Under the pieces are notes generated by a model. The model was not told where the DNA came from. It ran no database searches and worked only from the letters and a program-made list of their open reading frames with translations. A DNA stretch of 64,000 nucleotides, taken from positions 93,929,814 through 93,993,813 of the forward strand of contig JASCQW010000081.1 of NCBI GenBank assembly GCA_030264375.1. The letters are read 5' to 3'. Shown here in pieces: positions 1 to 12,084 of the stretch (its first letter is position 1; each line of letters starts with the position of its first letter). The position numbers and the translations under genes are program-made. Source of the DNA: Carcharhinus longimanus (taxonomy: Eukaryota).

Positions 1-282
1 TGTTGCAGACAAAAAGTAGGGTCAATTTAACCTGCCCGGAATACTTCAACACTCCGTCCGTCAACAGAACGCTGATTTTGTTTAATTTTCTCGTTTTCCC
101 ATTAAGAATTGCAAATACTTCCCCCAGCTCTTACATTTGAAAATGTTTCACTACTGAAGAATTCCTCAGCGAAAGTGGTCAGATCAAAATAAAAGTTTGC
201 TTTATTTTGTGTTTATACACTGACACGCCGAAAGTTGTTTCGCCATGTTTAGCCTTTTCAACTCGCACACAGTAATGAGGAA

Positions 283-419
283 TTAGCAAAAATGAAGAGT
301 GTTCATGCAATTGTCGCAATTAAAATACAAGTCGGCTTGACAAGTATCCAAAGTCCTGAATCCTGAGTTGACGAGAATATTCCATCCAAGGCAAGAGTAC
401 TGATTGTAGAATGTGTTGT
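283..419 (-). CDS. Candidate terminal coding exon (phase-1 reading DNTFYNQYSCLGWNILVNSGFRTLDTCQADLYFNCDNCMNTLHFC*), product unknown
   Basis: Minus-strand acceptor cattcttttaag| (weak AAG type), open frame to TAA at 283-285, AATAAA at 201-206 about 80 nt downstream. No homology recognised; may be chance. Confidence 0.15.
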
Positions 420-1029
420 CTTAAAAGAATGAGGCAGGTCAAGACGTGAAGAATGAATTCGCCTGGAGACACGAGTTCTAACGTTTACACAGTTGGCAGG
501 TTTGAAAAATGCCACAGTCTATCTGTAGGCACCAGCTCGTCGTTACGCCGTGCAGGGTCGTTCCCGAAATACCGGACAAACTGGAATTGCCGCAGTTTTG
601 TTCCAACGGGCTTATCATTGTTCTCCTTAATGGGAGGATGTCATGTCACAGATTCTCGATTTTGGACTCAGTGTCTATATTTCCAAGGCCGGAACCTAGG
701 TGTTTAACTGGAGTGGGGACATATTATGTTGTTGGGGTCGCTCGTGTCAGGTTAACTAACTTCTGCTCTCTTTATCGAAATCGTGGTTTTATATGTCACA
801 GCTTTGGTCATGAGTTGCATTTATGGGGCCTTAAGTCAAATGAAAATGTTCGTTTGTGTGGAGGTAGATGGACAAGACTGCGCTTCAACGTGGTCATTTT
901 TTTTAACTTCGAAACAGATGCAAGGAATTAAATTATTGATTGAAAAAAAAAGCCAGTCAACCATTTTCTATGTTAACAGCAAAACACTGCGGAAAATATT
1001 CCAGATCAGCTGGATAGCCAGTTCATTTT

Positions 1030-1330
1030 CCCAAATGCAGGAAAGTCTAAAACTAGAAGGCATAGGTTTAAGGTGAGTGGGGGGAAATACATAAAGGTCC
1101 AAAGGGGCAATTATTTCACACAGAGGGTGATGAGTGTCTGCAACAAGCTGCCACAGATAGTAGAGGACACTACAACCTTATCTTTTAAAAAGCATTTGGA
1201 CAGTTACATTGGTAAAATGACTATAGAGGGACATGGGCCAAAAGCGGCCAATTGGGACTAGCTTATTGGTTAAAAATAAAGGGATGGCATGAACAAGTTT
1301 GGTATTGCATATTTCCTGCCATGTTGTCAT
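1030..1330 (+). mobile_element. CR1 LINE 3' fragment
   Basis: aaaactagaaggcataggtttaaggtgag...ttcacacagagggtg; ORF 1073-1261 (RGNYFTQRVMSVCNKLP...FKKHLD) is the CR1 ORF2 C-terminus. Confidence 0.85.
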
Positions 1331-2045
1331 TGCTTAGAAATTGGTAGATACCTTTTTGAGCGGTTGCGATCGGCAAAGCAAACAACCAATCAACTGAACA
1401 CTTAAGGATTCTGATGACAACGTTAAAAGAAATTATTCTGATGCAACAGCAGTATCTCCAAATTTGGACCAGCGCTAGGCCTTTAAATGAACCACGAAGT
1501 TGTTCAGGAATTGATGCCGATGGAGCCTTTATAATATAGTTAAATATGGTAACAATCAGTCTTTAAATTCACCACAATACGGCTCATAGTGACTGGTAAC
1601 GTTCGGAAGTGTGACCTGTCCAATCATACTTAAGAAGCCAACGGCAAACCGTTACAGTGATTTGCAAGCATAAGCATGAATTGATGCAATCATTTCCGGT
1701 TGTACTGTTTGACCTGAAGCATTACGAGGATTGATTGTCAAACCCGTGGTCTGGAGAAGTGCCGAGACGAATAACCCGCAAATATTCAGAATTTAACAGC
1801 AGGAATAACACCAGCGTAGTTAGGAAAATGGACATGCCGGTATTACTTACATTTTGAGATGAGTTTATAATAATTTGGTATTATCGGTTTCTAATCGTTT
1901 AATGATACCATGTTTATTGAAAAAAAACTGAACTGACTCCATCTCTGCACTCAGCAGTACGCCATCACCCCAATAAATTTTAAGTAAGCAGGAAGATGCA
2001 ATGTGCATATCTTAATAATATCTCTCTAATGGTGCATTTCCTTAC

Positions 2046-2081
2046 CGGCATGAGCGACCTTTAATTTCAGGATTTCAATCT
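2046..2081 (-). CDS. Candidate 36-nt phase 1-1 exon, (K/E)IEILKLKVAHA
   Basis: Acceptor catttccatttctaccccttcag|, donor G|gtaagg; only the phase-1 frame is stop-free. Confidence 0.3.
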
Positions 2082-3239
2082 CTGAAGGGGTAGAAATGGA
2101 AATGTTATTCCATTATACTAAATAATTGTTTCAATAAATGACGTGCATATTGCAGAATTAAGATTTCAAACATGCTTCGACTTTTAGCCGGGCACAAAAC
2201 TGTAAAACTTAAAGCAGCAGCCTTGTTCAGTTTAAAGTTCCGTGTAAGTCTGCTTAACTGAAATCTCACAATGGTAAAAGCTCTCTCAAAGCAAAGGTCA
2301 GCATGCATTTCGGCAGCATTGACACAGCGAAAGCAACTGCACTGTATTCCTGAGTTTCAAAATAATTACTATTAAGCCTGAATTCAACTAAGAGTAAATT
2401 ACAACGCACAATTTAAATAAAAAGCCAAGGAGTGGAAGAAGATTTTTTCAAAATGAAAACCAGGATTTATTTCCGATGCTGAGTTAAAATGTGAAAGTGG
2501 GACTGTTCACGGAAAACTTATCTGAAGTCATGTAACGTTACACGCAGGCGCAGACTGACAGGACACATTGAGAGTCATTTAATAGTCTACCATAAACTAC
2601 GCTCTAGACAGTTTGTACGTCAGATATGTTCGTGCCATCGTAAGGATGTTTTATTCTTTGGATGTCATACCCTTATGAAACTTCAGTTTGCGTTTTTTTT
2701 TCTCTTTTAGTACACATTTCGCCTGTTAATATGAGTCATGTTAAAATCTGCCAATTTCTAACATCTGAGGTCCACCAATGCCACACTTAACTGTGGATTG
2801 TATCGTGCAAATTGGAGTGTTTCCACTGAACGCCTTTCTTTTAAATCGAAGGTCTACAACGTTTATCGAATGTGATCCTTTCGATCAATGCTAATGAGAT
2901 GAAGAGAAACGCTAAACACTAATCTCCAGCTGAAGATATCGTACAGGATCGAATGTTAATCCGGATGCAACATGTTCGTAAGTCCCCACATGATATTAAA
3001 AAAGTGATTAAATTCTCCACTGAATAGGAAGAAGAACGCAGAATTAGCAGATAGCGGGCAGAGTTATCATATGAAAAATGTTGTCGTTGTCCAGATTCGG
3101 TACATATGTATATATAGGCATTGCACATTGGTAACAATATATTTGCGTAATATTAACGGTAGCATGTTCGTACAAAACGCCATGTAAAACCTGCAACTAA
3201 AATTGAAAAAAAACAAAACAATCTAAATCATAGCGATCT

Positions 3240-3410
3240 GAAGAAAAAGACAGTAAATTCTGGAAATCCTCATAGACCCTGGCAGAAAATTTGAAGAGAG
3301 NNNNNNNNNNTTTTCTTTTCAGATGAAAGTTTATCATTCTGAACTACTTGTTCTGTTCTTCTCTCCGACAATGCTGACGCATTTAGTGAGTATTTTGCAG
3401 TATTCAGTTG
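3240..3410. repeat. Degenerate shark interspersed repeat (Penelope-associated tail type), fold-back arrangement around a 10-N gap
   Basis: ttctctctccgacaatgctgacgcatttagtgagtattttgcagtatt resembles the element at 33322-33455; the left part reads as its reverse complement. Confidence 0.4.
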
Positions 3411-4683
3411 TATATATTTAAACACAGTTTTAAAAGTTGATCAAACGAACCTATTACTAAAATCAAATAATTAAAAATCAGTGAATGTGGAGCTTATTTA
3501 ACATAGTTACCGATATCTTTTGCCAACATCTGTTTCACTGTAAGAAAGTCACACAAAATCGATCTTAATACGGTCCGTTTGGCATATATTTCAGCAAGCC
3601 AATAGATAAATGCATTGGGCATATGTATTTACTTAAAATTGATTTTGAGTGTTATCGTTTCTTCAGATTCCAGATAATTATGTGTATTACTCTGATGACA
3701 AAGAAAAGAGTAAAGTCCATCCAACATTGGAAATTTATAACTGGTTATCTCCATTTTTCTTGCGAGAAGTTGAAAGCGGAAATCGTCTAGTCATAACCAT
3801 GCTATGATAGTCCCAATACAAATTAACACTAACATTTCGGAAACATGATTTCCAAACAAATGTTAAACTTCCTGCGCTGATTCTAGCCCGACTACAGAGC
3901 GAATGTGAAGGAAGCCATTCTAATGCCATAGAGTCACTTTAATTGATGACAACTGAACGTTAACCGGGTCGGCCCTGCATTTTGTTTCTCTGTATTTGCA
4001 ATGCTCATTATTACCAAAGTCTAAAGTTTCAGTCCGAACCATGCCACATGAGTAAACAATATGGATGCGATACAATCCCAAACCAATATCTAAAAGTGTG
4101 CATTACAACCAAACAATTGTTGAGTCGTCATAGCAAGTATGCAGATCGAGGCCCAATTGTTTAATGTCCGAGACATTTTTTTTGGTCCGTCGGGAGAACG
4201 AAAATTTCAGCAGAAATCCTCTATCACATTTTAGGAACATTCAACGAAATGCACGTTAATAAAGTAGCCACCGTCATCCACCAGCGCATGCCCCATGTCG
4301 TCAACCACTGGTGCATGCCCCAGTGCTCGCCTCAGCCACGAATTGCCAACCCCCGTTACCCACCTCCATTTCCAGCTCAATTCCTTCCATAGCACCCAAT
4401 GGACCCAACTCATGGGAAGCTCCAATCGACCTCTCTCTCCCTGAATCTGAACTGCCGAACGGCCTCAATGGACTTTGTCAACCAACACGATCACGCCTGC
4501 TGTCACGCCTCCCACCCCCACCACCACCACCACCACAAGCCCCCATTGACCGCCCCCACCCCCCCCCCGCCCCACCTCCCAGACCACAACATTGATTTGG
4601 ATCAGCTTAAAAATCGGCTGGTGGGAGCCTGTCCACGTGGCGTCAGTGGACATTAGCTGACCGGGCCTCGCTAACATCGAGAC

Positions 4684-5430
4684 ACAGGAACTTAGAAATT
4701 GGAAGCAGGAGTAGGCCAATTCATCCTTCGAAACTGCTACACCATTTATTTTGATCATGGTTGATCATCGAATTCAACACCCTTTTCCCCGCGTCCCACT
4801 ATACTCCTTGATCCCTTTAGCTCCAGGAGCTATACAGATCTTTTTTTTTCTTGAAATCCGACAACATATTGGCCTCATCTACATTCCGTGTTAGTAAATG
4901 CGTCACATTCATCACTCTCTAGATGAAGAAATTCCTCCTCACCTCAGTTCTAAACGATTTACTCACTATCCTCAACTAAGGCCCCTGGTTCTAAACACCA
5001 CCACTGTTGGGAACATTGTTTCTGAAACTAAATCCCTGCTAGAATATTACTGATTTCCATGAGTTCCCTTCTTACTCTTTTAAACAGCAGTGAATGTAAT
5101 ACCAACCGAATTGGCATCTCCTCATATCAGAGATCTGCCATCCCAGGAACCAGCTTGGTAAACCTCTATAGCAAGGACATCCTTCCTCAGATAAGGACAC
5201 CAAAAATGTAAACAAAACCCCAGGTGTGTCCTCAGCAACGCCCTATACAATTGCCGCAAAACATCCATATAGTCAAATCCTCTTGCTATGAAGGCAGCAT
5301 ACAATTCACCTGCTTTATTTCCTCTTGTACCTGTGCGCTTACTTTCAGAGACTGGTGCCCTCCAATGTCTTGTTCAGTATCCACCTTTCTCAATTCACAC
5401 GTATTCAAATAATATTCTTTTTTTCCTAAT
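4684..5430 (-). mobile_element. CR1 LINE 3' fragment (RT C-terminal region plus tail)
   Basis: ORF 5122-5304 QLYRALLRTHLGFCLHFWCPYLRKDVLAIE matches CR1 [24 protein letters not shown]; tail gaagcaggagtaggcc at ~4700. Confidence 0.9.
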
Positions 5431-5899
5431 AAAATGTAAATTCTGATGTTGGCATGATAATCAGCCTCATGTTTATTTCTGGCGCCTGGGAAAGTCGTGG
5501 TCGCCAGGATACCGGGCGCTAGACGCTCTCCCTGAAAAGGGACGGAATTGATACCGCAATGCGTGATTTTTTTTTTCAATCAAATGAAAACTTTTAGTCA
5601 GTTCTTGCGCTCGGCATGGCTGACGCAATCCGACAATTTACCCTGTATGTGGCTGTCAAACACTCCAGCTAAAGCGCAGTTCCAATGCAGTAGATAAGCG
5701 GTCTCAATTTGTCGGTATTATCCGCGTCCAGTCACATCACAGAGGCAGAGAAGGGATATTTATTTTATTTTCGCGACCCACTAGCCAGCTTTTGGGCAGT
5801 GACTCATCAGGTAGACGATATGCACGTTTTAGTGACTATGAAAATCCTGGTGAATTCCGAGCCATAGCGTTGGTCCGTTATGATGTAGCCTCAGTAATG

Positions 5900-6190
5900 A
5901 GGTAAACCGTCACAGGACTCGATGCACTTAAAATCTAATATTTAAGCGAGGATGTCACCCAAAGACAACGGATCTATCCTCTTTAAATAACATCACTTTG
6001 CTGGGCCTCTGGGGCACAGAAAGTTCCGTCCACGTGTTAAGTGTTACGTTTTAACTCCACTGCCATCGGAAATACTTCATTCATCTGTAGAGTTTCCAAT
6101 TAAGGTGGGAGTGGGCTCTCAGTATTGGCACTAGGAGGAATTTCATGAGTAATTCTGACACATTGGTGTTCCAAGATGCCAATTCTGCCC
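5900..6190 (-). mobile_element. Highly decayed SINE, possibly a DeuSINE/AmnSINE-like core
   Basis: Reverse complement has weak similarity to the tttcggatgagacgttaaac...ggtggacgtaaaag...tatttcaaagaagag core; recognition only. Confidence 0.3.
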
Positions 6191-7093
6191 CTTGATTTAC
6201 GTCCCTGTTCTTCTTACCGACCAACCTCAAGTCACGTTTAGAAGGAGCCTTTCAACTATTAATGTAAGAGTATTCATTCACGTTCGTGAACATTTAAGGA
6301 ATACCATTCAGCAAAAGCGTAATGTCGAGGGGACGACCGTCAGCCGAAAGGAAAATCCTGTATTTGCAAAATCCAGTCACACTATTCAAAGTTATAGAAT
6401 AAAAACGGATGGTTTCGAGGTGAGGAAATTCCTTTCGATGGGTAACAATAAGTGGGCCCTCCGCCTGTTCAGCCTAATGGCCGCTGACCTAAGATGGTAG
6501 TTTAGCAGGGAAGTAAATAAAACAGAATTACTAGATCATAGATCAGGTAACGCGGCTTTCATTCCATAAAACTAAACACGTCCATCCGGAGTTTTTCCTG
6601 TCTGGGACTCCCTGTCAGTCAAAGAAACCCCCTGTAAATTGCAAATATGCCTCCGTCGAGCATTATTCTGCGAGATATATTCGATATCTGCCTTGCTCTT
6701 TAGGTTGGCAATCGGCAACAATAGCGTCCACTTGTCAGTCATGCATTGTAATGCCCCTTTCAGGAATAGACTGCTGATACGTGGAAGTCTCATGGCGGAT
6801 TAACCCAGAAATGAGGCTACATCACAAGGGAGCAAATCTATGGTTCAGAATTTGCCAGGATGTTGACAGTCACTAGAGANNNNNNNNNNNNNNNNNNNNN
6901 NNNNNNNNNNNNNNNNNNNNNNNNNNNNNNNNNNNNNNNNNNNNNNNNNNNNNNNNNNNNNNNNNNNNNNNNNNNNNNNNNNNNNNNNNNNNNNNNNNNN
7001 NNNNNNNNNNNNNNNNNNNNNNNNNNNNNNNNNNNNNNNNNNNNNNNNNNNNNNNNNNNNNNNNNNNNNNNNNNNNNNNNNNNNNNNNNNNNN

Positions 7094-7265
7094 NCCAATC
7101 TACCCAATCCTCACATCTTTGGACCGTGGGAGGATACAGGAGCACCTACAGAAACTTCATGCAGACACGGAGAGAATGTGCAAACTCCGCACAGACACTG
7201 CCCCAAGCCGTGATTCGAATCCGGGATCCTGGTATTGTGAATGCTAACCACGGTGTCTCCGCGAC
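7094..7265 (-). mobile_element. tRNA-derived V-SINE (HE1-like), 5' part; remainder in N gap
   Basis: Reverse complement gtggttagcattcac...gattcgaatc...gtctgtgcggagtttgcacattctctccgtgtctgc, i.e. Pol III A/B boxes plus V domain. Confidence 0.85.
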
Positions 7266-8049
7266 ACCCTTTTGTGCAAAAAAAAATCTGTGATCCTGAT
7301 GACCACCTTTGCAAAAAATCGAATCCTTCCAGTAGATTGATAAGGGATGTTCACTGTCAGCGGTGCAACCATTTGCACCTGGAGATCTAAAACCCCTTAG
7401 CAGTGGTTTGGCAGCTATGGTCAAGATCCGTCATTAGAATATATATGCTCGATATGTTTCATCCATTCATCGAGGGACAAGATGCAGTTGTGGATCATCT
7501 CAGCCCCGAACTGTATTCTGCTCAGCTGCGCAAGTGAACAAACTGGTTGTGTATCAATCAAATGAAGCTGTATCAGACAAACAAATGGAACAGAAGCCTT
7601 GCGCTTTGGAGAAATCAAATCCCTACCACAATTTGATAATTTCAAGTCGAATTTAAAAAAAAATTAATGAAGCCTCAATCCAACATTTTTAGTTATCATG
7701 GATGATACGCCCATTAACAATAACCCGGATATGACACCTGAACATTAGGACACATGCTTCAAATGGCAGCTCGAAGTCCTAGCATTTAGAGCTTTGGTGC
7801 CACAATTCTTACGACACAGAGTGCTAATGCAACTCTGAAAACGGCAAACAGGGTAAGAAAGCCCACGTCGGATCCTAATTTTATGTGTCATTTAGGCCAA
7901 TTGTATGTAATTTAAATACATATGTGACCAATTTCGTCACAGGTTTCGTTTTTGTTTGTTTTGGAACACTGTGCTAATAGAATTGTGGCTAGTAATGTCT
8001 GGACAGAACATCAATGTTTCAAGATCATCAGGCAGGTCAGGGTAAAATG

Positions 8050-8398
8050 TTTTTTTTTCATTCATGGTAAATAGGCATCGCTGGCTGGATCAACATTTAA
8101 AGCTTGTACCTAGCTGCCCGTGGAGGGCAGTTGAAATTCAACCACATTGATTTCGCTCTGGAATCACTTGTAGGCCAGACCAGGTAAGGACGCCCGGATC
8201 CCTCCACTGAAAGGCATTGATGAACGAAAAGTTTCTGGATTGGACAGCCGACAATGGTTATCACTGACTTCTTAATTCCAGATCTTTTATTTAATTGAAT
8301 TAAAACTGCACTATCTGCAGTGGTGGGTTCGAACCAGGGTCCGCATGGGCTGATTTTCCGGATCTCGTGATAATACCACGAAGGCATCTACCTCCCCA
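8050..8398 (-). mobile_element. tRNA-headed SINE whose 3' tail matches the LINE at 13075-16170
   Basis: Reverse complement has ggttcgaaccc (B box), core gtccttacctggtctggcctacaagtgattccag...aatgtggttga, and tail gggcagctagg...ccagccagcgatgcctatttaccatgaatgaaaaaaaa. Confidence 0.75.
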
Positions 8399-9807
8399 TT
8401 AGGATTATAAATTTATCGCCTCAATCCCACTAAAAACCTGAGCTGAGCTAGGTTTGCACATCAAAGACTAAAGGGTAGAGTAAGAGAATCGACGAAGCGT
8501 GCGAAGTTCAACTGCATTGCATACTTTTCGGGAATTAAACAATACGCAACTTTAGCAATGTCAACACATTCTGGGAATTGTCGGAAAAAAAGTTATGCGT
8601 CATATATGGTCTATCTGAAAGAACGACGAAGGAAATAAGACTGTCTTCGTTTTAACGAGAAAATGATTGTATAATTGCACACAGTAGATCAATGGCATCC
8701 GCAGATATTACTAATTCATTTGGGTTCCCAAAGGGAAGTTTGGTTACATTGGAGAACCATGTGCCGCGAAAGAAATGACGCACAAATTTCATTTATGTGC
8801 GTCATAAATGTGGGCGCTGATGCCAGGACTAGTATGTGCTGCCCATAACGACCGTAATCAGTGGTTGGTCCTGGCTTCAATCAAGTTACTATGAAAATCA
8901 GAGCCTTGAAATAACTCTATTTTTCCAACTGTTGGAATGGGAGAAATGCATCGTCTAAGTTTTATGTGGTACAGTCCAGCTATAGACAAGACATGCCTGT
9001 CTGCTTGTGACTGCAACATAGCATTAAAGGCACGCCAAAGCTAATTCATTGACTGAGGGAGGATAATCGAAATACGAGAGCATTTTCTCAAATTGCACCG
9101 GGCCCAAATAACTTGTTGGTTGCGATTCCCGTAGGCGTGGCACGATGTCATGCTGTGCACCACGAGACACTGACAATAATGATTATTTTAGCCGATTTGT
9201 TTTCTTTTTCCTCTGATGAAATAATCCGTATATCAGTGTCGAATACAATTTTGAAGATTAGTTCTTCCGAAATAGTGATGCGCATAGCCATGTTATCCCA
9301 GTGTATTGACAGCATTGGCAGCAAACTGGACACATTGAAGATTATTTGGATATGTACGGCCCAAAAGAAAACAAGACAAAGTGAATGTCGCACCTATCAC
9401 CGCACATCTACGCCTTTGCGTGTGTTGCACAGTGAAAATATATACAATCAATAAACGAAGTTACACAGGTTCCACATCTGCTGCCGGAGACTAACGTTGG
9501 GCCTCACTTATCAGGAGATACTATTAAAAAAAAATCCCAGCCTATTTCCCTAGTGGGCTAATAGCTGCTCAGCCACATACAACCGCTTTAAATCCGAATA
9601 TGACGAAGTCCACCTCTCCTCGAGTGTTTCACCTGCTGGTACTCGATTAACAGCCAAATGGTAGAAGGCGTTTTTATGCAGCAGATAAATCATCGCAAAA
9701 AGTTCACTACAACTCGATTGTTTTCCACTATTGTTACTCAAATTCTGAGCTTATTGCAGCCTTGTCAACAAAATAAGTAAACGAAGGGTGTGATAGAAGA
9801 GACAATA

Positions 9808-10010
9808 GATCCATAGTTCATAAGATCTAGGAGCACAATTGGGCCTTTGGGCTAATCAGATCTTCTCCACCATTCAATCATGGATTGTAAATTTCTCGAC
9901 CCCATTCTTCGCTAATTCCCCATCACTTTTGACTCTTTTCCAGTTAAGAACCTATCTGTCTCTGTCTTAAAAACTGGCCTCTACAGCATTGTGAGAAAAA
10001 GAATTGCATT
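9808..10010 (-). mobile_element. CR1 3' tail fragment
   Basis: cataagatctaggagcacaattgggcc...ccattcaatcatgg...aagaacctatctgtctctgtcttaaa, typical CR1 3' end in reverse. Confidence 0.75.
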
Positions 10011-10169
10011 TGAAAACGATGGCACTTGATAGAAATGAAACTTTTGGGGCCACTGCGGCACTTAAAATCTGAGCACAAACAAGGGGCTTAGCACGTATCT
10101 CAGTACAGACTGGAGTCATACCACATCCAAAGACAGATAGTTGTTGTTGGTGGTGGCTGATCAGTCCCG

Positions 10170-10900
10170 TGACATCCATGCAGGGCTTCCTCAGTGTACT
10201 GCCAATGACTCAAGCGTATGCAACTGATATGCAAACGACTTTCTTCCCTTCAGATCAGAAAGTGAGATGCACTCTGCTCATAGAATGCATTTGGCATCAT
10301 CCATTATTGCTCAGGTGCTGATGAATCAGTGTCTATACTCAACAGGAATTTATAAGCTGTTCAGTTATGGCTCAAAACAGTAACCTAATATTCCTTCCGC
10401 AAACCAACGTACAACTTAACTAACAAGAGAAATTATAGCCACTTGAAAGTCGGTGTAATTTCAATTACTGCATCTACAGCTATCACCTTGCGATTTTATT
10501 GATCAGAAACAAAACTGAAATGGCCATGAAAATAGGGGTGCAGAACGTGCAGATCAGAACCTTGAACTTTTAATAAGGGCAAATCAACACTTTTCCACGT
10601 AAAAGTTGCAAAAGTAATTGACTGCCCACCCCCCGCCCATCTGTCTGGATATGTATATAACTAAATATGTCGACAAAACAGACATATTTCAGGACAACAT
10701 AGCCAGATTAATGTATACCCCATCTGCAAACATAAACATTTGCTTTTTGCACGAGCCATATGGCAGTGGGAATAGTTCGTGCCATTTAAAGCACATAATT
10801 CAGCAAGTTACAACTGCTTCGGCAATAGTACGATATACATCTGCGATCGTTTCTACCTGGAAATGCAGAAGTAACCAATACGTGGGATCCTTGCTGGTGT
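10170..10900 (+). mobile_element. Very decayed copy of the LINE family at 13075-16170 (RT region to C-terminus)
   Basis: cagggcttcctcag...aacgactttcttcccttcagatcagaaagtgagatg resembles QGSVLG..NDLPSIIRSEVGM of the younger copy. Confidence 0.45.
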
Positions 10901-11371
10901 ACTGAAGAACCGAATTAGCAGCCAGTGACGGATTCAATTCTGGATCATAGGGTGGAGATTATCAAAACGTTCGTTAATAATTCGTATGATTGTACTGATT
11001 CCGACAACTAGTCAAAATTGTAATTAATATATAACTATACTATTCGAAACAATCGACTTCTGCCATTTCAAAGCACACGGACTGCAAATGCATGTGGCTT
11101 CCTTACACAGATGTGTGGAACACCATTACATACAGATTTCCCTCCAGCCACAGCACTGTGTGCCAAATCCTCCACCCTTGTTCGCTCAGAGATTTGAAAT
11201 TCGCTCCTAACTGTGTTTTCGCTCCACATGAGCAAATGTTCTGTATTGTTTTGCGATCTTATTCCAGCACGAAATTGTTACTGACAATAAGAGAGGTTTG
11301 CTCTGGTTAACAATAAGTTGATGCTCACATCCTGTTGAAAAAAAATAGAAAAAAAGAAGAAATCTACTCAC

Positions 11372-11398
11372 TGCTCTCCGCAATAAGTTGTTCCAGTT
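11372..11398 (-). CDS. Candidate 27-nt phase 1-1 exon, (E)LEQLIAES
   Basis: Acceptor atttgcatttactttttcctag|, donor A|gtgagt; length is a multiple of 3. Confidence 0.3.
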
Positions 11399-11759
11399 CT
11401 AGGAAAAAGTAAATGCAAATCATTATTTAGGTTGGATTTAAAAGCAATGGCATCACGAACATATGAGTATTGACGGTGGGAATCCATTTACTGAATGGCA
11501 GTTGTAGCTCTGATAACACCGTGTCCAATATTGTGTTGCACTGAAAATAGCTAGCCTCGCCATAGAAAAAGTTTCTGTCAAGTGGCGATGACCGAAATTT
11601 TCTTTCCTAAATGGTCAGCCCAAAACAGCATGTGGACTTCCAGATGTCAGGACACGGGCAAAACAGTAAATGGAAGTAGAACAAAAACATAATTAGTAAA
11701 TCATTGCGGTGAATGAATGACACCAGTAAATGATACAGAAAAAGATGAAATTAAACATT

Positions 11760-12030
11760 TTGCATTGATTGAATTGAAAGTCCAGTGCCTGCGAGAGTAT
11801 ATTAGCTAAGTTCCCGCAGAACTTATTTTTAGAGAGGAGGGAGTGGGGGGTACATTTGCAGCAAAGCTAATTAATTCATTAATTGGGGAGGAGGAATGAC
11901 ACATTAGTCAAGCACAATGTTGAGAACTGATGAATTAGGGGGAAATGGATGAGCGTAGGCAGGGAGTCTGGCAACTATATGAGGGGAGAAATCAACGTTC
12001 TGGCTAAAGAGGAGGGAGAAAAAACGTATA
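11760..12030 (-). mobile_element. Possible L2 LINE relic
   Basis: Purine-rich plus strand (gggagtctggcaactatatgaggggag, taattggggaggagg) resembling the antisense of shark L2 ORF2. Confidence 0.3.
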
Positions 12031-12084
12031 AAGTTAGGAAACAGGAACTGCATGATAACATTGGTTATTCTACACAAAGAAACA

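Noticed and set aside
4311-4758. Pro/His/Gly-rich overlapping ORFs
   Set aside because: Produced by a (CCA)n and C-rich low-complexity tract within probable repeat-derived DNA; no domain signature.
9113-9454. ORFs open on both strands, one with a signal-peptide-like start
   Set aside because: No recognisable family, no supporting splice structure; length attainable by chance.
9428-9460. CACAGTG heptamer as a possible V(D)J recombination signal
   Set aside because: No ACAAAAACC-like nonamer at 12/23 spacing; other heptamers I noticed lie in SINEs; no Ig or TCR segments seen.
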